Shown in pieces: positions 27,231 to 41,244 of a stretch of 64,000 nt of DNA. The position numbers and the translations under genes are program-made. Position 1 is the first letter of the stretch, and each line of letters starts with the position of its first letter. The notes below the pieces were generated by a model that made no database searches, was not told the origin of the DNA, and was given only the letters and a program-made list of their open reading frames with translations. Source of the DNA: Hydrolagus affinis (taxonomy: Eukaryota); assembly GCA_012026655.1 (NCBI GenBank), contig JAAILG010000113.1, positions 1 to 64,000 on the forward strand. The letters run 5' to 3'.

Positions 27231-30200
27231 AAGATCATGATTATTGCCAACTGAGGAAGATGGGTCCATTGGATAAGCAGGCAACTTTGATCAGCAAAGA
27301 CCATTTTACAATTCAATATCATTTACATTTACACAGTGTTTTCACTTTGGGAGGACATCTCGAAGCACTTAATACTACTGGCTGGGCAACTTAGAGAGGT
27401 TGCAGTCAATCAGGGGAAAGCAGTTGTGAGACTCAAACAAAGGTATACATTGAGACTTTGATGTAAATAGATTTGCATAAACAGAACTAAGTATAGTCAG
27501 TTAAACAGATCAAGCTTTTGTCAGACGCCTGTATTTCCGTCCATCCGAATAAATCTAATCCTCAATATTTGTTGCTGAAAGAGGAATACAAATGTCCAGA
27601 AAGCTTCAGGGAAGCTATTATAAGAGAGTTTACAAAGTGATGTGTGGGAAAGTATTTACTGTTTTCTTGGCTCAATTGGTAGCACTCTCACCTCAAGGTC
27701 AGAAGATTCACAGTATTGTAGTCAGAAATTTGAACTAATTGTCTTCGCTGGCAGGCACACTGGGGTGCAGTTGGGGAATCACAACTTTATTGGAGGTGAT
27801 ATTCTTTTAATGAGACGTTAAACTGAAATCCCACCTGGATGTTTAAGCCTTAAGTCATTGAAAGTCATGGACAAGAGTGTGTGTCAAACAGATAAAGAAA
27901 GACACAGAGGGAGAGATAAAGGGAGACAGAAATTTAAGTCAGTAAGAACAAAAAAGAATTGAAAGGCTTGCACAGTTTGGCACTGTAGTGACAGTATAAT
28001 CTTGAAAGAATTGTGCAGCTAACACTGCAAAAGTTGATTTCTATTGTGCTTGATGTACAGTTTGCTTATCCACAATGGTGTAGCGCAAGTAAATAGCCGT
28101 GTATAATATGTTCTAAAGAGTTTCAATTAACACAAAGCACTATTGGACCAATGTACAAACACCTTGATGATTGCTCTGGTTGATCTATTCCAAGCTATTC
28201 TGGACCATTGTGCTCACATCTCTGTGCTTGTCACTGCATGTAGTTGCTACTCTTACATCCAAATGGAGTTTATCAGCAATGATAAAGAGAATGTTGCAAG
28301 TGCCTCATGGGAATCCATCGTAATGAGCAGGTTTGCTCCACAGCCTGGAGGTAACTGGTAGCTCATCCCTCAATATGTTAGAGGGTAATGATGATAAATG
28401 CCTCACATGCCTCCAATGAAAGGTGAATGTGTGCAATTACCTGCAGTTTGTGATTACTGTTTAATCCATGGACGGCACTTCCTGAAAATCTATAGATTAA
28501 CAACTGGGCTAAAACACGCAGCAATTTTACAGGACATGATTTGGAGCGCTTTGGGATGTCCTCCTCGAATGAAAGGTGCTATATAAAAATGTAAAGTTTA
28601 TTATTATTGTAGGAGCTAGGAGGGCATGTTAGAATGATTTTTTTTACACATACAGTAACTATAACAACTCAAAGTCGTTTACATTTATTACTGACAATTG
28701 TAGTGATGTATTTTATAGGTAAATGTCCCACAAACAACCATGAGGTGAATGACCAATTTATTTGGAGGATTGTTGGCCAAAAAATCATGAGAAACTTCCT
28801 TCTCTTTTTTTTAAAAAAAGCTTTCATGGGATCTTTAACATCCACCTGAATAGGAGGTAGGATAACAACAACTTGCATTGATATAGTGCCCTTCACGCAG
28901 AGTAACATCCTGGAGCTCAAGTTAACATATCACCTAAAGAACAGTGCCTCTGACAATGCAGCCTTTCCCACAGCCCTGAATTGGGGTCTGAATCTAGAAG
29001 ACAAGATCAAATCTTGATGTGAACCTTCAACCCACAATATTCTAACCTTAGGGGTGACAAAGCAACAGAGTTAAACTGATACAGGACAACATAATACTGA
29101 GTATGCACACATAATTGAAAAATAACTCTATTTTGAAAGAACATATTCCAGGAAACAGCTAAAGGCCTCTGTAGCCACAAGTCTCCATTACTAAAGACAT
29201 CAGCTGTTTGTCTATTGAGCACAGTCTAATAGGATTTTGCTTTATTCTCAATGAAAGGCAGAGCGGAATCCAGAAGTATCAAATGATGGATGACAGGCCA
29301 GCATTCTCGTGATATACCCACTCTGTTTACTGTAATGAGTCTGCAAAATTGAGGGGGAAAAGTGATGTTTTAAAGTGGTTTAGTAGATTGGCTGAAGCCG
29401 TGGGCTTCATAATTATGGCTTTATCAATATAATTGAAGGTCGTTGCTTTGTCCTCTTAAATATTGATGTTGAAGTTCTGATGTTCTAATCCAGAACTCTG
29501 CAGCCCGTGTCCTCTCCCTCACCAGGCTCCACGAACCAATCATCCCCATCCTCGCCCGACTCCACTGGCTTCCCATCACAGAGGATTCCATTCAAGATCC
29601 TAGTCCTTACCTTGAAAACCCTCCATGGCCTTGAGCCTCACTCCCCTTCCCTCCCGTCTCTCCACCGATGTGAAATGCGCTGTACAAATGCAATTTGGTT
29701 GTTGTTGTTGACCTCCCTATGTGAAAGTCGCTATACAAATATAATTGCGTTGATGTTCTAGTTGTTGTTTGCAGAGGAAAACAAAAGCAGAAACAAGCTC
29801 ATCAATAAATCCACCTACAGTATTATTATTTATAAATAAGTCTTTCAACATTTTGTTTCAATACTGGAATAAAAACTGATATATTCCTAACCACATTTTA
29901 TACTTTATTGCATTGCACTTGCAGTACATTAATGGAAACTCCCCTTTAATGAGACTGAATATCCCTGATTTGGGGGGAATATTGTCTCTCACAACAACAA
30001 CAACAACAACAATGATTTATATCACCCTTTCTACAGACTTTTGTTATTAACATTATTAAAGGTGAACAATTTTATCTTCAGCCTTTATAATGGCTTTTGA
30101 ATATTACCTTCAGATCTTGGGCAGGTTTCCTTACTCCACACGCCTGATAATAATCCCTCAAAAAAATAATAAACCTAGTCATTTCAATGTATGATTGTTT

Positions 30201-31369
30201 GTGGGACACTGCTGTGCACAATTGGCTGCTGTGTTTCACCCATATATACATATACACAGTCAATTCACTTTACAGTATATTCAGACGCAAAAGATCAGTA
30301 AAGCGCTACATCAAATGCATGCTTTATTATTATTATAAAATGACATATTTAACTGAAATTTCTGAACAGTTCCTTAATTATCATTTCGAATAAAGAAATT
30401 TTGACCTCTTTATTTTTCTTTTCTATGGAAAATTGGCCCGTCAGTTTCATAAAACAAAATAATAGTTGCATTCAATGCATTTGGTTTATCATGTTAACAT
30501 AACTCCAAGTGCTTGGCATAAATTACTATTGCAATGAGCGTTATTTAGGCAAACACAGCAGTTAATTTGCTCAAGCAATATCTCCCACACAGCAATGAAA
30601 TGAAGGCCAAATTAATCTGTTTTGTGATGCATTTGGCTGATTCTTAGACTCAGTCTAAATTTGGAAGCTGTTCGTCTGCAATTCTTAAGATTTATCTTTT
30701 GGGATTTTGAATTGTCCGTAATTCTGCACTGCCTTGAATTTTAAGTCCAAGTGTTCTTGCATTTGGTTGAAACTAGGTGGAATTTCAGACCTTTGGATTA
30801 GAAAATATACCAATCACGCAGGTTCTGTGAATTTTAAATCCTGGAGGAAACTAGATATGTGTCATGCTGACCTATGAGAAGTCTTTATCTATCTTCTTCT
30901 GGATTTGTTGGAGCAGATTTTAGTGTGACACACATCTAATTGCTGATAGGACTCAATATTTATTCGCCTGCACAGTAACTCCACAGTAATTCCTGCAAAG
31001 CTCTTGGGGATGTCCTTCTGATGTGAAAGTTTTTTTTTGGAAAATGTATACTTATTTATCAATAAAATATTTGGTACAGCAGAAATCCCAAACTAATTAC
31101 ATCGTACAACATCTTCTGTTACAATTATTTTTCTTCCTTTCTCCCGATACAAAAAACATTCCGTTATTTACAGTACTGTACATGTCTTCACCGCCCACTT
31201 GTTGTCCACACGTTTTTTAGGACAATTCCTTTAAAACAGTCAGGAGTCTGACACCACATCTGACATATGTACAATTAATTCACTTTACAGTATATTCTGT
31301 GGAGCGCTTTGAGACATCTAAAAGATGTGCAAAGCGCTATATCAAATGCAAGGATTATTATTATTATCC

Positions 31370-31800
31370 ATGTGCGAGCCTACACACATCCTGATAAGGC
31401 ACCTGCCACTTTCGGAAGATGTCTTTATGTACACCGTACGTGCACATGTTTAATGTACATACATTTTCGGGATGTTTTATGGTTGCATCTTGAGTGTCCT
31501 TCTGTGGAGGCCAGGATATCATGGACCACATCTTCCTGTAGTGGTGTTTCGCAAAGGCAATTTGGAAATAGATAGAACGGATACTCTCTTCCCGAGTACT
31601 CACAGCAAAACCCACAACAAGTGCGGCTGGAGGATGCTACACTCAGTAAAGGAGGCACTTTGGCACTCCCGAAACCTGGTGTTCTTCTGGTAGAACGAGG
31701 GGTCCGAGAGCGCCTGCGCGTGCTAGGATCAGGAACTGTATATTGAGGGACAAGCTGAAGTTCTGCTCAACCTCGGCAAAGGCCAGATGGGACCTACCCC
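31370..31800 (+). mobile_element. Tx1/L1-clade LINE ORF2 C-terminal relic
   Basis: Frames read DHIFL*WCFAKAIWK (zf-RVT-like) and WRMLHSVKEALWHSRNLVF, resembling Tx1 ORF2 ends. Disrupted by stops and frameshifts. Confidence 0.6.
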
Positions 31801-32066
31801 CGGCAGCAGATGCTCCTTCACAAACTGCTCAGAGGGTAGCCCAAGAGCGCACCCAAAACTAGGACTGAAATAAACGTAAGGGTAACCATATAAATGTACC
31901 GAAGTACACTCCCGATGTGAAATGTATTATAGTAAATGCAAGGATTATTATTATTATTACACTATTTGTGAAATCCTCTATGTTTCCGTGCTGTATTATA
32001 CAATGCTCACCTCTGGTCTTATGCGCTGGACTTTCCAAACCATGTGGCTGTCCGTGTCTTCCGCAG

Positions 32067-32212
32067 AATGTCGGGACATCCTGCTTCCAATGATGACCAA
32101 TGACCTGAAGGTGCTGCTGGAGCAGACAGATGAACAGCAACAGAGCCAAGTGCTCAAGTACTGTGTTGATCTCCTGAACAACATCCTACAAGTCCTGAGC
32201 CAACCAGGTGTG
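32067..32212 (+). CDS. DOCK2: DOCK2 exon (~exon 26): [48 protein letters not shown]
   Basis: cag|AA acceptor and GTG|gtatgt donor, 146 nt. Confidence 0.94.
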
Positions 32213-32869
32213 GTATGTATCTCTTACACTCATCACTGCTTTCCTATTTCCTGTGTGTCATTCTAAAGCAGTTCTCCCACACCATTGCCCTGGAGTGTCA
32301 GCCCAGACTATGAGTTCCAAGTTCCAACGTGATTCTTAAACCCACATCTTTTTGACTCGGAGGAAAGAATGTTACCAGCTAATCCAGGCTGTCCGCAAAC
32401 TCTTTGGGGTATTGATTATTTCTTCTGGTCTTTAGTAATGAAACTCAAGCTTACAAAAATATTGTTTGAGTTTGTTCGATGTTCTTGCAAGCTGAGTACA
32501 CTTCTTTTTGTGAAATTTGCCGTTGGATTCCAATAACACAAATGTCAAACTAATTCTGCACCATTATTTCTTGATGAGAACACATTGGGATCGAATAACA
32601 GTGACTCAGAGGCACTAATAGGGAATTTTGCCAGTAACCAGCCAACTCAGGGGAACCGTGTCATTTATTGCCAGTGATTCGAAGTGGAGATCTCACAAGT
32701 CGGCTGTGATGTACTGCCAGTAGCGTTCCCTTGAGTCACTATTAATGAATCTCTGATTGCAAACCACCACTTTGTATAAATTCCAATTGCTCTTATGTTG
32801 CCAAGACAACAAGAACAACAACAATTTGCATTTAAATAGTGCCCTTCACATGGGGTAGCTGGTATTTAT

Positions 32870-32932
32870 TATTTATTTATTGTCACAACAGTCCATTGTG
32901 CTTCAATGGACTGTTGTGACAATAAATAAATA
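32870..32932. repeat. Perfect 29-bp inverted repeat with 5-nt loop
   Basis: TATTTATTTATTGTCACAACAGTCCATTG-tgctt-CAATGGACTGTTGTGACAATAAATAAATA. Confidence 0.95.
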
Positions 32933-34989
32933 CCTGTATTGTTCTGATCATTTACCTTTGAATATTCAGAAGCGTATATGTAGAAGTTTCCTTCAGAATG
33001 TTAAACAGATTGGGATCCAATTTGGGACAGAATAGTTAGTCCTCAGGTGATGGGTCAGATAGCATTAACTCATTCCATAGTTTCTTGTGAATATAAAAAA
33101 AAGCAGGTGCTGTTTAAGAAATAATAAGCGGGAAGTACAGTTGGTTGCAACTGGATTTGAGGTACAATATTCAGGGTTTGATTCCTGGCAAATCCTCTCA
33201 ATGGATGAACCTGTTCCAAGTAGACACTGAACAAAGGCAGGGGCATTGCATTAATCCAAATAGTAGTTTGTAAGCGTAGACATGCTCCAAACTATGAGAC
33301 AAAGTAATGGTAATTAGCTACTGTGGTTACCATTAAAAACCATATAGTATGTTTAGTTTCTCATTTAGTCTACATTCCAGATTCCTGTGGGAGCAACTTT
33401 GAGACTGGTTCATCGCTCTATTGATTTGCCCGCAAAATACACAGTCACTACAATTTACAGTATATCCTGTGGAATGTTTTGAGATGTCTCGAAGGCATAA
33501 TAAGGTGCTATATCAAATGCAACAATTATAATTATTACTCAAGGAGAATGAAGAGAATTTAAAGTCCCTTTTTTGAAAAAAAAATGGTTTCTGTGCGGTG
33601 GGAACAAATTGGCCCAGTTTGCAAGAGGTCCTTCCAATTCAACAAAACTGAGTAGAACTTAGAATGTGCTTTTGCATCAAATGTTTATGTGCAGTTAATT
33701 TGTATGCAAGAAAATCCAATTAAAATTGATGGCGCTAATTACACTAATGGCTGACGTGGAGCCATTCTCCTACTTAACAACATTTCATATCATATGCAAC
33801 TGATTTATTTACTTATTTCAAGATCATCATCCCTTTTGAGTGGTTCAATAATTAACTCCCATATGCATGATAATTCAGACAGTCATTAAGAGACCCTCCT
33901 TCTCCCCTCCCCAAACAATATTTAAAGGAAAAATTTAGCTTTTCTCTCATTTGTCCTGAGATTTATTTCCTCTCCCAAAATTCAAATCAACCGTCTAATT
34001 TACCTTGTTGTTGTTTGAAGGACATTTCTGATGCTAATTAGCTGCCAAATTTGCCTACATAACAACATTGAATTCATTTCAAATTCATCTCATTCTGTTG
34101 TGCTTCATGACTTTACTTCTAACGTGAAATATAAATGTAAGTTGTTGTAAATGGTAGGTAGCTCAATGCAGATGCATACTGTGTACATTGCTTGGGAGGA
34201 AATGCAATGGGATGAATAAACAAATAAGCCCATTTTTTTGTTAATGCATACTTTGTGTTCTTTCCACTTGTCTCTCTTATCTCAGCATAGCATGCTCATT
34301 ATTAACTCATCTGCACTCTACAAGTGTCTGCTGCACTTAATTAGAATACAGTCAAAATGTTTTTTGAGTTTTGTGCTACATTCACAGCAGTGGTAGTTTC
34401 CAGTAAACAGCAGTAATGGCCAAGTGGATCTAATCTGTTGGCTAGTGGAGCATTTGAGTGCATTATCCTCTGGAAGAGTTGAAAAGAAACAGGATTTTAT
34501 TGGCATCACAAGCAGGATTTGTCTATTGCGATCAATGAGAAGGATGCCAAAATTGACTGTTGACATGTCTGCATCAAAACATGTGTAATGTATAACTTGC
34601 CTCACTGTACTTGCTTTTCAGGAGGTAAAAATTCCACCAAAAAATAATAATAATGTGATCACTTCAATTCCACGACTGTTTGGGGGCCACTGTGTGCATT
34701 TGGCTGCCACATTTTGCCCATAAAATATACAGTCAATTCAATTCACAGTATATCCTGTGAATCACTTTGAGAAATCTCAAAGACATGATTAGACATGATT
34801 CATGATTAGACATGATTCTAATTAACCTCGCTGCAGGGAATGGAGCTTCTAGTTACTTTAAAAGATTTTCCTTGCTCCTCTGAGCTTTTGCTTTCTTTTA
34901 ATAATTCTGTATCTGTATCAGAATAGATTTTTTTTGGTCAGTGGAGAAGCATACAGAGAACTATACATGCCAGATACTCATGCCACACG

Positions 34990-35375
34990 TAACAACAAAA
35001 TATAACAACACAATTACATTTGTATAGCTTCTTTCACTTTGAGAGCACCTCTCAAGGCACTGGGCAATCAGTGTTTTGGACCCAAGCTGGGATCGGAATC
35101 AGGGAGGGTGGAGGGAAAGGAGGGAAGGGGGGGTGAACAATGCCACAGTCGAAGAGGAGGGTCTTGAAGCAGGAACTGAAGGAAGCTAGGGATGGAGCAA
35201 GGTGGAGGGATTGTGGGATGGAATTCCAGAGGTTGGGTACAGAGTAGCTGAAGGTGGGGTGGTTGGGTCGGGAGACATGGAGCAGGCAGGGGGCCCGCTA
35301 AGCAGGGGGAGTGGTAAGGTGGTGAGGGAGGGTGAATCAAGGCGATGGAGGGCCTTGAAGGTGAGGACCAGGTTC
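34990..35375 (-). mobile_element. L2 LINE 3' end
   Basis: Tail plus GA-rich antisense body homologous to 13157-13696. Confidence 0.8.
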
Positions 35376-35917
35376 CCTCTTTATCATTAAATCCCACTTT
35401 AAGATTTATCTCTTTGACTGCACCTACAGTCACCTCCCATCTCCTTCTCTTTTGCTTGGGACCCAACCCCGCCATTCTGCTCCGCGATGGTATTCTGTGT
35501 ACAAGGTTCTATAAAAAGTATATGCAAGTTGTTGTTTTTGTTGGAATTTCCTGTGTCTAGAATAGAATTCACACTCTCTCACTGGAGGTATGTATCCATC
35601 CTGCTTACCTAATTCTGGAGAATATTAGGTGCTGGTTGGCAAGAACTAAGGTTTAGGGATCCCAGAATATGTTTTGGGGTACTGCTGGAGATGAACAAGC
35701 TAAAACTGCATAGTTTGCCATTGGCAGATAAACAGACAGACAACAGACAGATACTTGAGAATCAAGTATCAAGTGAATTGGAGAAAGAACTTGGAAATAG
35801 GATTAACCGGTTTTCTATGATCCAAAATATATGTAGCAAATTTAAGTGGCTGAATGGCCCTTTCTTGTCTCTACATTCCAAGTGGGTTAATTGGTAAATG
35901 CACTGGGCGCAGTGTGG

Positions 35918-36447
35918 CAACAACAACAAATTACACTTATAAAGCGCCTTTCACGTCGGGAGGACGTCCCAAGGCGCTGCACAGGAGGCGTGTGACCCGA
36001 GCTGGGAGGGGAGTGTACGGGAAGGGGTGAAACAAGTAGGGGAGATCGAAAAATTCAGGGTGGAACAAAAGGCACGTCGAAGAGGAAAGTCTTCAAACCG
36101 GCCTTGAAAGAGGAAAGGGAAGAAACGAGACGGAGGGATTGGGGGATGGAATTCCATAGGGTCGGAGCAGAAAAACTGAAGGCCCGGCCTCCGATGGTGG
36201 GGCAGTTCGGGCAGGGGGCTTGGAGCAGGCCAAGTCCTGCTGAATGGAGGGTCTGGGTGGGCTTGTAGGGGGAGAGTAAATTGGTTAAATAGGGCGGGGC
36301 AAGGCCATGTAAGGCCTTGAAGGTGAGGACGAGGATCTTGAACTCGATCCTCTGGAGGATGGGGAGCCAGTGGAGACGGGCGAGGGTGGGGGTTATGTGG
36401 TTGCGGAGGCGGATGCGGGATAATACACGGGCTGCAGAGTTTTGGAG
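35918..36447 (-). mobile_element. L2 LINE 3' end, well preserved
   Basis: Uninterrupted 133-aa minus-strand ORF QNSAARVL...HWLPILQRIEFKIL...LWNSIP...LKTFLF, plus the tail. Confidence 0.92.
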
Positions 36448-37249
36448 TTCTGGCATACAGCTGGCCAGAAACTAATTCTGATCTCTGCAGCCTGGAGCCA
36501 TGGCTTCACTGTGACTTAAACTCTTAATTAGATGTTAAACAAATGCTGATGGCACTCAGCGGGCATCCAGACACCTAGTAATAATACTGAGCCAGATTCT
36601 GGTTCTGTCGTGATATCCATTTCACCTGGAATGCAAATGGGAACAAATATCTGCCACAGTAAGTTTTACTACTAATTTCCTTTAAATTCCCAATACCATG
36701 CACAAGCTTTATCTACTTGCCGTGACCTAATTAAGAGTGAAAGCAGATCACCTACTCGTTCCCAGAAACGTCCCAAGAGATTTATTCAATTTGTTTTTAA
36801 CAAGCATCTCATTTCCTGTCAGATGCATTGGCTCGTCACAGTTTTACAACAACAAACCAGCTATAACTATTTGGGAATTTGGAGACTGTAATTACCTTTA
36901 GTAATGAATAGGGAAATCAGGTTAGAGGGTGGATAGTCAATGCTATTCGGTAATAGTACAGGTCTTGATGATGCAAGATTACAATGAAAAAAGCATGATT
37001 GTAAACACACAACGTAACTAAGCAAATAAATAATTATTAACCTGAATCCAATACTTTAGACACATTGTCTAAGCCATCTCCATCCATTTATAATTAGAAA
37101 ACCGATTTTTAAAATATTATCCCCAAAAAATCACAGACCGAACAGGATGATTTTAAGTAAACCACAGAGAAATGAAATTAGTCAACATTTCATTCCCCCT
37201 AAAACATTACATTCAAAGGGTGTATTTTGCCCATGTCCAATGTTACACT

Positions 37250-37605
37250 GGATTCCTGCAGTTTAGTGGTTAGAGCACTCGTCTAACTAGCGAGAGGAAC
37301 TGGGTGTGATTGCTGGCATAAACATTGAACAAGTTTCCTTACAGCACTCTGTTTACCTATCAGTAAGTACGAACCCATTTGTTAGTGAATTGGTGGATCA
37401 CTTTTCCAGGGGTAATAATCCCTCAAAAAAAATGGTTGCTCTATCCACAACTGTTCATGGGACACTGCGGTGTGCAATTGGCTACCACATTTCACCCACA
37501 AAATATACAGACAATTAAATTTACAGTATATTCTGTGAAGCAATGTGAGACGTCTCAAAGACAAGATAAGGCGCTATATCAAATGCAGGAATTATTATTG
37601 TTATT
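37250..37605 (+). mobile_element. tRNA-derived SINE, long subfamily
   Basis: Head, central segment, Deu-like domain and tail. Confidence 0.85.
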
Positions 37606-38347
37606 ACACTCAGTGTTTATTTCTGGTGCTTAGCTATTAGAAACAATGGGGCAAAAGCCCCTCGAAGAGTTAAGGGGATGGTCAGAAGTAATATTTTAAC
37701 ACAGGGAGTCTTTGAATTATTAGAGTTGCATAATTACTTGACAAGTATACTAGGTCACAGAAAAGAACTGGGATTATGATAATTAGCTCCATTGGAGAAA
37801 TTAGAGACAGCATAGGCTGATGATCTGAAACTGTAGGGTCTTCTAACCACACTTAAGTGTCAGTTTGACTCAATGGATATCATGCACCCCACTGGATTGG
37901 AGGTTTGTGGGTTCAATCCCCAAAATAGGAATTAAGCTTGCTGACATTTGCATTACACTATAGTATCATCCTCGGCTCTGATTAACCTAGTCTAGCATTC
38001 AGGGAATCTTTGTACTGTAGAAGATTCCATCCGTTGCTGGAGACATTGAAAGGTTGTTGTCATTGTTCCATCTATCCAATCAGGTGGATGTTAAAGATTA
38101 CATAGCACTGTAGAAAAAGACTAGTTAGTCCTGGCCAACAACTGACAAGATAAAATCGTTGTTCATTTCATGGCTATTTGTAGGGTCATTCCTGTGCACA
38201 GTTAGGCTTCTGCGTTTGCCCACAGTAATTTAAATTTTCAACAATCACTTATAAAGTGCTTTAAGATTGTCTGCAATAACAGCAACACAATTACATTTAT
38301 AGAGCGCCTTTCACGGGAGGACGTCCCAAGGAGCTGTATTGGATCAG

Positions 38348-38435
38348 CCCAGGTAGCAAGCCCATGTGGGGCCCATTTGGGCATGGATCAACCCAATTTG
38401 TCCCATATGGGGTCCATATGGGCTTGCTACCTGGG
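38348..38435. mobile_element. 88-bp palindromic MITE with 18-bp perfect TIRs and AG 2-bp flanking repeat (CMC/EnSpm-like)
   Basis: ag|CCCAGGTAGCAAGCCCAT...ATGGGCTTGCTACCTGGG|ag, with internal CCCAT.TGGG repeats. Confidence 0.75.
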
Positions 38436-38683
38436 AGGCTTTGTATACCAGGCGTTATATCATAAGTGAGGAGTATTATCCTGCTGTTGCATCTCAAAGT
38501 ACTTCAATAGATAATTACTGTCAACAGAGTAACTTTTTGTTGTCAAATATGGTAACCATCTGTGTCATTAAGGCCCCACAAGAAGTCAGGTGAATAATCA
38601 ATTAATCTAGAGGATTGTTGTCCAGCACACTGGAACCTCTTCTGGATTAATGTCCTGCGTTCTTTAATATCGACCTGAACCTT

Positions 38684-39170
38684 GGAGTCCTGTAGCTCAG
38701 TGGTTAGAATACACGCCTTGCAAGCAAGAGACCCGAGTTTGATTCCTGGAACAACAACAAAATTACACTTGTACATCGTCTTTCACGTCAGGAGGATGTC
38801 CCAAGGCGCTGGACAGTCTTTGTTTGAGGCCTGAGCTAGGGTTGGGGACGGGGAGGGGGGAGAGAAAGGGGGGGATTTGGGGTGACCAATGGGACCGTCA
38901 AAGAGGAGGGTCTTGAGGTGGGACTTGAAGGGTGAAACCTTGGGCAAGTTTCCCTGCTCCACACTCCTGATACTAATCCCTCAAGAGAAAAATAATAAAT
39001 TGGTCACTTTAATCCACGACTGTTTGTGGGACACTGATGTGCAGAGTTGTCTGCTGCGTTTCACCCAGAAATTTATTGTCAATTCATGTTACAATATATT
39101 CTGTAAAGCGCTTTGAGATGTCTAGAAGATGTGAAAAGTGCTATATCAAATGCAAGGATCATTATTATTA
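38684..39170 (+). mobile_element. tRNA-derived SINE (short) interrupted by an antisense L2 3' end at ~38750-38930
   Basis: The SINE head stops after the B box and resumes at GGTGAAACCTTGGGCAAG. Confidence 0.85.
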
Positions 39171-40890
39171 ATATGCACTAAGTCAGTTTAAACTCTTATT
39201 TGAAGCACGACACATCTGAAATGCAATCCTCGCTCGGTCTCATCCAAGAGTTCAAATCTCAAAATGGAACTTGAACCCACAGAGCACAATTTTGAAAAAT
39301 TGTGGAAAAAAGAGAATCTGGAAGGATTCACAAAGATTCCCTAAAACACAAAGGAATTAATTTGAGTTCTGAATTCCCTGTACTGCCTGAAATCAAACTA
39401 ATTTTTTGTAGTAAAAATAATCATTGGCTTCAAAGGAAGAACACAAAGCCTGCAAAATATTTTTGCAATCTGATTGTGCATTTATAATCATGTTTATTTA
39501 GCAGATGTATTTCACTTACACTAATTTCCAGATGTCAGCAGCACCGCAGTACCTCAGATAAGCTGTACTTACAGGATTCTAATCACTGTGTCTGGATGCA
39601 TCGCTTTATTTGAACAATATTACAATATTGGGCTCCAGTTTAGCCAGAGGAGACCCAATTAAATCCTGTGTGGAGTTAACATCGGACAAGAGTTTAACAA
39701 AAAACATAATTTTTCTTCTATAATTGTTCTCGAGTGTAGAGACTGTCAGTGCCCTTCAGCCTGTATTTTACTATTATATTAGCTGTACAAATAAATACTT
39801 ATTTAACCAGCCTGTAAGAGTGAAGGACAAGAACTGGACAACCACACATTTATTGACTAGTTATTGCTGAGAACAACTCAGATTAAATATCGAGGGACAG
39901 AAACAACAATAATAAATAAGAAGCTTAATGCTGCACAGTTATTTGGTAAGGTCTTTGTATTAAAAAAAAGGGAGAACGAGCAAGGTGGGCATAGTGTTCA
40001 TCCTATCAATTTATGTGCAATACAATCTGTACTCCCGACGTGAAAGGCGCTACACAAATGTAATTTTATATTGTATTGTGTTGTACTGCAATACAATACA
40101 CTTGAGACTTAATAATGCTGATGCTCTGCTCTGTTTTATTTATGTAAAATTGTTCCTCTGTAGAAAATTCTTCAATATATTTAAAGGAGAATCTGGCAAT
40201 GTGCGATCACTAAAACACGAAAAAAAATCATACAATATAGGAAGAGGAGACAGTTCAGCCTGTGGGATCTTCTCTGCCATTTTATCAGATTGTAATGATG
40301 GGAACAGACATTTAATAAAACAATAACAATGCAGCTCTAGTCAGGAATGCATTTAAAAATATTAAAACTACATTTCCAATCTTAGATCAGGAATAATAAT
40401 AAATACAATAATCCTTGAATTCCATATAGCTACATCACTGAGCTGTCTCAAAGCGCTTCACAGAATTTATAGTAATGTCTATTTCATGAGCAGTTGGAGG
40501 GATTGTTACCTCCAGAAAGTGATCCACCTACTTACTGCTGGGTAAACAAATGCAATCTGCAATTGCCCCACAATCTGTAGACTTCAAGCCTACATTTCGT
40601 ACAGTCTTAGCCTTAAAATCAATGTTCACAAAACTTAAGACTGGTACTAAATCAGGGACTGGTACCAAATCTGAAACATCAAACACTTTAATTTACATCT
40701 TCAAAGATTTAAGCAGGGATACTTATATCTGATTCTGTAATTGAAATTAACATCACACGGGATAGCAATGTGCTTATATGAGTTCTCAAATGGATCTATT
40801 TTCAGTCAGTATGAATCATTTGACAGAGGATTCACATGGCATTAATTGCAATGCATCTTTTTCAACTCTGTGCTTTGTTTCACCTTCCAG

Positions 40891-40986
40891 GGTGCGACTT
40901 CTGATCATCTCCAGCAGATCATAATTAAGCTTCTGAGGACTGTGAACAAGGCAGTTATTAAGATGGGACAAGATCACATCCTGAAT
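40891..40986 (+). CDS. DOCK2: DOCK2 exon (~exon 27): GATSDHLQQIIIKLLRTVNKAVIKMGQDHILN
   Basis: cag|GG acceptor and AAT|gtaagt donor, 96 nt, phase 0/0. Last DOCK2 exon recognised in the window. Confidence 0.94.
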
Positions 40987-41244
40987 GTAAGTAATTTTAC
41001 AGAGATTGATATTTTCATAGTGGGGTCTCTCATCTGGATGAATTTGTACAGCGCTTCAAAACGTTATTATTCATGATATATATTCATGCAAGTTGTATAT
41101 TGTATAATCTCAAAAAGTCAAGGGAAGGAATTAGAAGGACTCTGGGATGAAGTTTGTCCATTTGGTTGATACTGTCAATACCTGAGTTGAGTGGGCCCTG
41201 TGAGATGAAGTATAGATCCTGCCAATTCCTCCCTCCATAAGCTG

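Noticed and set aside
32207-32213. Alternative donor CCAG|GTGTGG in the DOCK2 exon
   Set aside because: It would give phase 1, incompatible with the phase-0 next exon. GTG|gtatgt keeps the frame.
34781-34820. Short tandem repeats (AGACATGATT)n; also AAGTACACCTCA x3 at ~59879-59924, (ATC)n at ~3234 and (AC)n at ~41980
   Set aside because: Ordinary slippage duplications. There is no regular spacer structure, so nothing CRISPR-like.
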